NCBI RefSeq assembly: GCF_001194135.2
Contig: NC_068985.1
Coordinates: 78,484,630 to 78,528,362, forward strand
Length of the DNA stretch: 43,733 bases
DNA from: Octopus bimaculoides
Taxonomy: Eukaryota
Direction: 5' to 3'
The translations under genes and the position numbers were made by a program. Positions 35,466 to 43,733 of the stretch are shown here, in pieces. Positions within the stretch are counted from its first letter, which is position 1. Each line of letters starts with the position of its first letter. The notes under the pieces are model-generated. The model was not told the DNA's origin, did no database searches, and saw nothing but the letters and a program-made list of their open reading frames with translations.

Positions 35466-37382
35466 ATTATTATTATTATTATCATATANNNNNNNNNNNN
35501 NNNNNNNNNNNNNNNNNNNNNNNNNNNNNNNNNNNNNNNNNNNNNNNNNNNNNNNNNNNNNNNNNNNNNNNNNNNNNNNNNNNNNNNNNNNNNNNNNNNN
35601 NNNNNNNNNNNNNNNNNNNNNNNNNNNNNNNNNNNNNNNNNNNNNNNNNNNNNNNNNNNNNNNNNNNNNNNNNNNNNNNNNNNNNNNNNNNNNNNNNNNN
35701 NNNNNNNNNNNNNNNNNNNNNNNNNNNNNNNNNNNNNNNNNNNNNNNNNNNNNNNNNNNNNNNNNNNNNNNNNNNNNNNNNNNNNNNNNNNNNNNNNNNN
35801 NNNNNNNNNNNNNNNNNNNNNNNNNNNNNNNNNNNNNNNNNNNNNNNNNNNNNNNNNNNNNNNNNNNNNNNNNNNNNNNNNNNNNNNNNNNNNNNNNNNN
35901 NNNNNNNNNNNNNNNNNNNNNNNNNNNNNNNNNNNNNNNNNNNNNNNNNNNNNNNNNNNNNNNNNNNNNNNNNNNNNNNNNNNNNNNNNNNNNNNNNNNN
36001 NNNNNNNNNNNNNNNNNNNNNNNNNNNNNNNNNNNNNNNNNNNNNNNNNNNNNNNNNNNNNNNNNNNNNNNNNNNNNNNNNNNNNNNNNNNNNNNNNNNN
36101 NNNNNNNNNNNNNNNNNNNNNNNNNNNNNNNNNNNNNNNNNNNNNNNNNNNNNNNNNNNNNNNNNNNNNNNNNNNNNNNNNNNNNNNNNNNNNNNNNNNN
36201 NNNNNNNNNNNNNNNNNNNNNNNNNNNNNNNNNNNAAAACAGACAATTAACAAACATAAATAGACCATAGAAATATAAAATGGGAAAATCTATATTAATT
36301 TATCAATTTAATTTATGGTTCAACCTTAGACAACAAAATAATCTGAGGTTTCTACAGAGAGAATGGTGCTAGGGATTGTAATTAAAAAGTCATCAAATAC
36401 TGATTTAACCATCAGTTAAGGAGACAAGCAAAAGGATTTCATTGATGGCCAACATTAGTCATTGACTTAGACCCAGAGATGAAAATATTACTCATCAAAA
36501 ATGACATGTTTGACAAATGACAGCATTTATTATTACCACTGCCAAGTTACTGATGAGAAGATCATAGGATTCTTTTGTACTACATTCCTGGCAATAATTT
36601 CACTCACTACAGAGTTTACAACAACTGAGATAGAGCAATGTGGGGTAAAACAGGGACTTCTGCTATTTGTCTTTGTTTCTTTTTTTATGCCGGAATACAA
36701 AGGATAGAATTGCAAGTGAGATCTGTAATATGGTTAAACAAAACACAAATGACAACATAACATATCAGGAGTAGAAATGATTGAGGGCCTTTTTTGTTGT
36801 TCTTCTTTGTTTTAAACTGAGTAGAGATAAGTTTAATAGATTACACTGTGAAACACAAATTTGTTCTTGGGTTGCAACTGTTATTTCCTATTTGCTTACC
36901 CTTAGAAAGTATGAAAAAATGACTAATATTTCCTTCAAATTTTGCTTTTGTTACATTTATTCAAACCCTAAAGAATCCCTTTCAACACATGGCTATGATA
37001 CTCCCCCACTGCTTCTGCTCGTGATCAGAGATGCACGTATTGTCAGCCACTAAGGGACATACTCAAGTGGTTAAGGTCAAGTAACTAACAAGCAAATTTG
37101 TAGTATAGAGCAGAATATTTATTTTAATGATATTTCTGCTTTGGCAACTCAACACTAAATCTATCTGAAATGTAATGGAAAATCGGTCAGTTTTAAAAAA
37201 CATTAATATCCAGGTCACAAAAGCAAAGTTTGAAGGGAATAGTAGTCATTTCCTTTGATTTCTAAGTAGAAGCAAATAGAAAATAACACTTACTGTCCAC
37301 GAATAAACAAATTTAAACTTTATTACACTGTGTTATATTTCTTGATAGAACCTAAACTAATATATCACTGGTACTCATTCTA

Positions 37383-38762
37383 CAGTTCTATATTTAAGAG
37401 ATGTGGAATTATGTACGCTATTTACATTATCTACATTTGATGGATATTTGTCCTCATTTTGTTTGTTGTCAACACATTTCAACTGATTACCCTCCAGCCT
37501 TCATCAGGTGTCTTGGGGAAATTTCGAACCTGGGTTTTCATTCCTAAGGTATTTTTCGATGTTATTATTATTGTTATTAATATTATCATTATTATTATTA
37601 TTGTTAGTGTTCAGGTCACTGCTCGGAATCAAACTCGGAATCTTGGGGTTAGTAGCTTGCGCTCTTAACCACTACGCCATATGCCCATGGGCAATTATGG
37701 AATGAATTTAAGGGCTTATAAATCTAATATTTTTCTATCCTTCCTTAATACCGGTTCCCATATGCTGCTCATATCTGCACTCGGTCTGCTTAGGTGGTTG
37801 CTGTATCCTAACATATGTGCTGCTTCATTTAGTTTTCATATTTTCCAGTGGTGTTCTCTGTCTATTATTTTAACTTCATCTCACAGAGGGAGGTGGTCTC
37901 TATTTTTCCATACATGATCAACTATACCCTATTTATCAATATCTCCTCATGTCACAGCTTTGCGATGTTCGTCGACCCTTATTTTGAGGGGGCGACATGT
38001 TCCGCCTTTGTGTAACCTTCCACAGCTGCATGGGATGGAGTACACAGTCTTTGGTCATATTCTCTTATATTGGTGGATTTACTCGAAGGAGATATTTGCA
38101 AAGTGTTGTATTATTCTTGAATACTGTTCTGATGTCATATGGGCCACATATCTTTTGTATCTTTTCGGAGAGGCCTTTCACATAGGGTAGACAGACTGTG
38201 GACAGTTTATTGGTTTCATCTTTTTTCTTCATAATTGGAGTGGATAGTATGTTTTTGGGGTAGTTGTTGCTTAATAGATTGTTATTGAGCTTGATCATTT
38301 CTTTGTGCTGTATATCACAATAGCTACTTATATTCTTTGTTCAATGTTTTAGGCACTGAGCAGTCCCTCTCTTTACACTGTATGGATGGTGGGAATTGAA
38401 GTTGAGGTATCATCCAGTGAAGGTCGGCTTGCGACGGATGTCCTGAATCCATACTTGGTGCGTGTTATTAATACGTCTAGGAATGCTAGCTGATTGTCTT
38501 TTTCCTTTTCCATTGTGAACTGTATGGATGGCTTTATTGAGTTCACATGATCTAACAGCACTTGGACATCTTCCTGGTGGGGCCAGAGTATAAAAGTGTC
38601 ATCAACATATCGCAGACATAGGATTGGTTTTAGTGGTGTTGATCCTAAAGCCAAATTTTCAATGAGAACCCAGACACCTGATGAAGGCTGGAGGGTATAT
38701 CAGCCAAAACATTGTGTTAACAACAGACAAGATGAGGACAAATATCCGTCAAATGTAAATAA
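37383..38762 (-). mobile_element. 5'-truncated Penelope/Poseidon-type PLE with 3' pLTR (37383-37690) and 5'-inverted partial pLTR (38661-38762)
   Basis: 14-bp TSD tggtactcattcta (37369-37382 / 38763-38776); RT LRYVDDTF..WPH, IQFTMEKE..LAFLDV; GIY-YIG CVYSIPCSCG, stop at 37716-37718. Confidence 0.93.
37612..37686 (-). promoter_or_regulatory. tRNA-like module with Pol III A-box/B-box inside the PLE pLTR
   Basis: A box TGGCGTAGTGG; anticodon-like loop CTACTAA; B box GAGTTTGATTCC (GAGTTCGATTC in the 18.6-kb copy); imperfect acceptor and T stems, so not a functional tRNA. Confidence 0.7.
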
Positions 38763-38882
38763 TGGTACTCATTCTATTCGTTACCAAGGAGATAAAAAGT
38801 AAAGCCAGTCACAATAAGATTTGAATTTGGGACCTAGAAAAATAAAATGAAATATTGATATCTTATGAAAACAAAGTACCCC

Positions 38883-39188
38883 TGGCACTCGGTCGGTTAT
38901 GGTGATGAGTATTTCAGTTGATCTGATGAATGGAACAACCTGTTCGTGATATTAACATGTAAGTGGCTGAGCACTCCACAGACATGCATACCTTTAACAT
39001 AGTTCTCAGGGAAATTCAGCATGGTACAGGATGTGACAATGCTGACCCTTTGAAATGCAGGTACTACTCATTTTTGAGTGAACTGAAGCAACATGAAATA
39101 AAGTATCTTGCTCAAGAACACAACACACCACCAGGAATCAAACTCATGACCTTACAATTGAGAGCTGAATACCTCTAACCGTAAGCTA
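38883..39188 (-). mobile_element. tRNA-SINE of a second family, sharing its 3' domain with 39804-40183
   Basis: tggcactc.gtcgg...gagcactccacagac...gaccctttgaa is the reverse complement of the tail of the SINE at 39804. Confidence 0.8.
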
Positions 39189-39398
39189 CCAGACATTTGT
39201 AAAAGGGTTTTTTTATAAGTTAATTAAATTTATCTCAGTACATGATTGTAATTTAATCAAGCAGAGAGTATTTAAGAGCAAATCAGCCACAATGGGATTA
39301 CAATAAAGGTTCTAGAATACATGTTGCTCTTTTGCTCAATCTTAAATATAGCAAAAAAAAGAAATTAAAGGAAGAAAATTAATAACATAAATCAGAAA

Positions 39399-39655
39399 CA
39401 GGCACAGCTCTGTGGTTAAGAAGCTCACTTTGCAATCACATGGTTTCAGGTTCAGTTCCACTGTGCAGCACCTTTGACAAGTGTCTTCTGTATTGACCAA
39501 ATCCTTGCGAGTAAATCTCATAGATGGAAAACAGTGTGGTAGCTCATAATATGTGTATGCGTGTGAGTGCGTGTGGGGTGTTGTGTGTGTGTGCGTGCGC
39601 GCACGCGTGCATGTGCGTGTGTGTATTTGTCCCCATCCCACTGCTTGACAACCAT
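39399..39655 (+). mobile_element. tRNA-SINE 5' part (OK/OR-type)
   Basis: gctctgtggttaagaagc...catggtttcaggttcagttccactgtgcagcacctttgacaagtgtcttc. Confidence 0.8.
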
Positions 39656-39663
39656 TTGTTTAA

Positions 39664-40238
39664 CCCTTTAGTGTTCAGATTACTCAGCTAAATGTTATGC
39701 TTAATTATTCATATCATTTTGTATCAATAATGCATAATCTTATAGCTTTGATGCTTCAGTAATGTGATTGCTAATTTTTAGAATGATATCATTGGAGGGT
39801 GGAGGCGCAATGGCCCAGTGGTTAGGGCAGCGGACTCGCGGTCATAGGATCACGGTTTCGATTCCCAGACCGGGCGTTGTGAGTGTTTATTGAGCGAAAA
39901 CACCTAAAAGCTCCACGAGGCTCTGGCAGGGGATGGTGGCGAACCCTGCTGTGCTCTTCTGCCACAACTTTCTCTCACTCTTACTTCCTGTTTCTGTTGT
40001 GCCTGTAATTCAAAGGGTCAGTCTTGTCACACTGTGTCACGCTGAATATCCCCAAGAACTACGTTAAGGGTACACGTGTCTGTGGAGTGCTCAGCTACTC
40101 GCATGTTAATTTCACGAGCAGGCTGTTCCGTTGATCGGATCAACTGGAGCCCTCGACATCGTAAGCGACGGAGTGCCAACAACATCATTGTAGGGTAGAA
40201 TATTTGAGCTGGATTTAGCCAGTTTAAATGCTAAAGAG
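39664..40238. mobile_element. piggyBac-like MITE interrupted by a SINE
   Basis: ttaa|ccctttag at the left end; degenerate ctaaagag|tcaa at the right end. Confidence 0.55.
39804..40183 (+). mobile_element. Full-length tRNA-derived SINE with a 16-bp TSD
   Basis: A box tggcccagtgg; B box ggtttcgattccc; TSD atcattg(g/t)agggt(g/a)ga at 39788-39803 and 40184-40199. Confidence 0.88.
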
Positions 40239-40431
40239 TCAAGTCTCCGTCATTTAGTTGTGCAACAGGTTCAGCAAAAGAAACCACTAGAATAAGTAGC
40301 AGACTTAGAAATTAAGTAATAGAGCTGATTTGTTCAAGTAAATCTCTTCAAGACAGTGCTCCAGTATGGCTGGAGTCCAATGACTGAAACAAGCAAACAT
40401 TAAAAGATAACAAATTTCCTGAATAACTTAC

Positions 40432-40574
40432 TCTTTCAAATTTTTGATTCTGTCACTGTCAGAAAGTGATAAACTAAACTTGCAGTTATCATCCATAGAC
40501 ATGCCATAGAAATCCAGCATCAAACGAAAGCTCCTTATCACTCTACTTTTTAAGAGTTCATCTTTAGATATCTC
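40432..40574 (-). CDS. OGFr-like gene, internal coding exon
   Basis: tttcag acceptor and gtaagt donor; 143 nt = 47 codons + 2 nt: EISKDELLKSRVIRSFRLMLDFYGMSMDDNCKFSLSLSDSDRIKNLK(E); LMLDFYGM resembles OGFr LMLGFYGI; ends in phase 2, matching the last exon. Confidence 0.9.
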
Positions 40575-40670
40575 CTGAAATATATCAGAAATACTAATAC
40601 TGATTAATACAAGATTTAACAGGGAGAAGAGTTTCTGTGGCAGTATTTCTTAACATTCTGACTAACAGTA

Positions 40671-40705
<35 letters not shown>

Positions 40706-40707
<2 letters not shown>

Positions 40708-40995
40708 CAAAAGCACCATCCAAAGGCAGATGTGGATTGTCTTTACCTTCCCAGAGCTCAGGGAGGTCGAGGCTTGATCCAACTTGAACTTACATACAAA
40801 ACCACCACAATCGGACTGGACAAATACCTTGAAACAACCAAAGATTAGATACTGAAACTTGTTGAAAAACATGAAAGACGGAAAAAACTTCACTCTACTC
40901 TGAAAGAGTATCTCTTAGATACCCACCAGCTTGATCAGGTTGAAGGAAATGCACCAACTNNNNNNNNNNCAAAACAAAAGTCAAACATAAAATAA
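40706..40995 (+). mobile_element. Internally deleted R4/Dong-like non-LTR element within (TAA)n
   Basis: HHPKADVDCLYLPRAQGGRGLIQLE..YK...IGL.KYL; (TAA)n on both flanks. Confidence 0.75.
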
Positions 40996-41402
40996 TAATA
41001 ATAATAGTAATAATAATAACTGCAGCAGCTACCACCACCACTAGTGACATTTCTGTCAAAAGTCTATAATTAGAGAACAAACTTTTGAATGTGTTTTCTG
41101 CTAACTATATTTAGATGTTGTTGCACAATTTGTCAGTGCAGAACATGATGTTTCTTTCAAGGGATTTGGCTTTTTATGGTGCAAAGCTTTGCATCATGAC
41201 AACTGCTTGTCAGTTATACTCATCGTGTATGCATGCTGTCATGAATTAATTTATAAATGAGGTAGGTAAATAGTAACTTTTTGCACATCTTTTTCAAATA
41301 TTTTAAATGCATTAAAACAGCAACCATCATGACCATGTTACAAAACTAATTTCGTTCTCTTAATTAAACAATTTTAAAAACTGAATCAGCTCAACCAATA
41401 AG

Positions 41403-42552
41403 TACAAGGGCAGGTTGAAACATTCATAGGATGACTATGAAAGAGTGAAATCTGGCATGCATTCATTTCAGCTCTGCATATTAATAACTGCATTGTTTCC
41501 TTTCAGGTAAACTGACATCTGACTGTTCAAAGAAAACTTCAAAAGTAACTAGTAGTAGCTTCTCTTGAAAAAGAAATAAAATTTGGCATTGTATTGTTAT
41601 CATGTATCTTCCGAAAAAGGCTTTAGCACCCCAAGGATGTTCATGCTGACATAGTTGCAACATTAGGGGATGACACTTCAGCTTTATCAACAGTGCAAAA
41701 GTGGGCAGCTGAATTTAGTAGGGGAAGGGAGAGCCTTGAAAATGACCAAATGTCTGGACATCCCACAACTGCCACCACCGAGGAAAACATTCATCATATT
41801 CACCACATGTTAATGGATAGTAGGCAACTGACTATAAATCCAATAGCCAATGTTATTAAGCATATCCCATGAGAGAGTTGAGAATATTCTGCATAATAAA
41901 CTTGGCATGACAAAGATTCATGCTTGATGGGTGCCACATCTTCTGACACCTGATCAAAAGTGCACCAGGTTGATCACATGACAGAAAAATCTGACATTGT
42001 CTGAGACAGATCCTTCCAGTCTTCTTGAACTTATCCTAGTCCATGGTGAGTGTTAGCTTGATCACATTAAGCCAGAGATAATCCACACAGTGGAAACACC
42101 CGTCCTTATCTGCTTGAAAGAGTACCAAGGTCATTTCGTCTGCAGGAAAGGTGATATAATGCAAAAGGCATTGCGTTTATTGATTATCTTCCAAAAAACA
42201 ACATCATCAATGGAGTGTACTATGCCAACACGCTGAGGCAGTTACCAAATGCCCAGCAAAACTGAGGTAAGGAGTCTTCTTTCAGCAGGACAATGCTCCA
42301 GTACACATGTCCTCATCTGATTATCGACTGCTTGCGAACATGAAAAACACATGGCTGGGAACCAGTATCGCAGTGATGATGACATCATATCTACTGTTCA
42401 TTACGTTTTTGATCAACAGGACAAATGCTTCTTCGGCAGTGGGCTCCAGGTACTGCAACATCAATTGAAGAAGTGTGTGGACTGCAAGTGAGGTCTATAT
42501 TGAAAAATAAACCTCATTTGGTCACATTCCATCTGTTCAAATGACCCTTATA
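41403..42552 (+). mobile_element. Decayed near-full-length mariner transposon
   Basis: STVQKWAAEFSRGRESLEND..SGHP, WVPHLLTPDQK, SAGKV, MKKHMAGNQYRSDDDII; imperfect TA-flanked ends (caagggc / ..cctta). Confidence 0.88.
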
Positions 42553-42610
42553 TTTATTGCATGTCCAACATCAAAAGTCACTGCATGCTACTGATATACA
42601 CATATATATT

Positions 42611-43325
42611 TATGGATCTATTTTAAAACGGGGGCCACAGTTTTCATTAATGTTTTACGTAGTGTTTTTGGTACCGAAAGACTTTCAAACTTCATATACT
42701 TATCTATTTTGTGTTATAGAACAGAAAAATATTTTTGTATTCGAATTTATTTCATGTAAAAAATTGTCTTATTTCGATAATTTCGACCAATCACTGACAA
42801 GTATTCAGTTGTTTACATTTACTCCTTTGGCTGATTAAGCGGTGTAAAGCGTATTTAATCTCCATAGCTTCGTTTTATTTGCTTTTTTCATTTTAAATTT
42901 GCTTTTTTCATTTTCTTTTTTTTTTCTTCGTCTTATTTGCTTTTTTCTTTTTAAATTTGCTGTTTTACCCTAACCCTACGGTTAGGGTTAGGGTTAGCCT
43001 ATAATAGAAAGGTTTATTAGCTACTGTCAATATGCTTCAGCCATTTTTTGACAAGGAAAGAATAATTTTATCACCGATAGAATTGCTTCAGAATCATTTG
43101 TTTATGTAGTCGGCAATTAATGTATATCGGCTGAATGGACGTCAGTGATTGGTTGAAATTACAGAAATACGACAACTTTAACATGGAATAACTTAGGGAT
43201 TTCTTGTTTTTTTTAAGAAGACTAAGAGAAAAAGATGTTTTATATGACACATTCTACCAGTGTTCCAAGTTTCAAAGTGTTTCGTTAAGAAAATACTGTG
43301 GCCCCCGTTTTAAAAAAGATCCATA
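42611..43325. mobile_element. MITE with 31-bp TIRs (1 mismatch) and subterminal inverted homology
   Basis: tatggatct(a/t)ttttaaaacgggggccacagt at both ends; c.accaatcactgac mirrored internally; flanks TA or TATTTA. Confidence 0.85.
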
Positions 43326-43424
43326 TTTATACATACATGCATGCATGCATGCATACATACATACATACACACATAGACATACACACACCACTCACAACAA
43401 CAATAGCACTACCTGAATATTTAC

Positions 43425-43491
43425 CTGAATCTCATAATCATTGAGACAGAAAGCCTGTCTGTTCAAACCTGCAACTCTGTTGGGAAACAAC
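43425..43491 (-). CDS. OGFr-like gene, internal coding exon (most 5' exon seen in the window)
   Basis: tttcag acceptor and gtaaat donor; 67 nt = 1 nt + 22 codons: (W)LFPNRVAGLNRQAFCLNDYEIQ, matching OGFr W-LFPLREPGVNWHAKPLTLREVE; ends in phase 0, matching the next exon. Confidence 0.85.
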
Positions 43492-43585
43492 CTGAAATAT
43501 ATAACAAAAAGAATATATTAAAAGGATATTTAATTTTTTTCTGATACACACACACATATTCTTCATTCTTTTTCATTTATCATAT

Positions 43586-43619
<34 letters not shown>

Positions 43620-43733
43620 TCAATATCCATAGAAACCACACCAAAACTGACATGACCAAGCAAGACATGATCCTGTGACCTGTCTAGAAAGGCAGTAACT
43701 CCAAATAAGAAATAACCTGAGCTGCTTCTCCAA

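Noticed and set aside
36533-36715. Candidate extra OGFr exon (HLQFY resembling NLRFY)
   Set aside because: Wrong position in the domain order, and the flanking exons already join in frame without a gap in the alignment
37612-37686. tRNA gene (anticodon position ACT)
   Set aside because: Acceptor and T stems do not pair properly and it is embedded in a retroelement; treated as tRNA-derived
41150-41260. Candidate OGFr exon (AKSL/KPNPLKE-like peptide)
   Set aside because: No suitable donor site; the true matching exon is 43425-43491

Overview
Repeat-saturated, AT-rich eukaryotic DNA with several N gaps. The SINE families and microsatellite load suggest an Octopus genome (inference). The only host gene I can support is missed by the ORF track: three minus-strand exons (43491-43425, 40574-40432, 32664-32481) join in frame across GT-AG introns to give the C-terminal part of an opioid growth factor receptor (OGFr_N domain)-like protein. 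The rest is mostly mobile DNA: at least seven Penelope-like element (PLE) coding remnants of several types; a degenerate CsRn1-type Gypsy element with a non-autonomous LTR element nested in its 5' LTR; RTE, R4/Dong-like and CRE-like LINE fragments; mariner relics, MITEs and many tRNA-SINEs. Two structures stand out. (1) A PLE family whose 3' pseudo-LTR joins a tRNA-like A/B-box module, an (AAT)n linker and a minimal hammerhead ribozyme; it occurs in two separate TSD-bounded, 5'-inverted insertions. (2) An LTR-element leader with tandem repeats of [LTR tip + about 39-nt antisense copy of the mature tRNA-Trp 3' half]. At least three other hammerhead-like designs also occur. Most ORFs in the supplied track are microsatellite or N-gap artefacts. 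No database searches were run, so family names rest on motifs recognised from memory.
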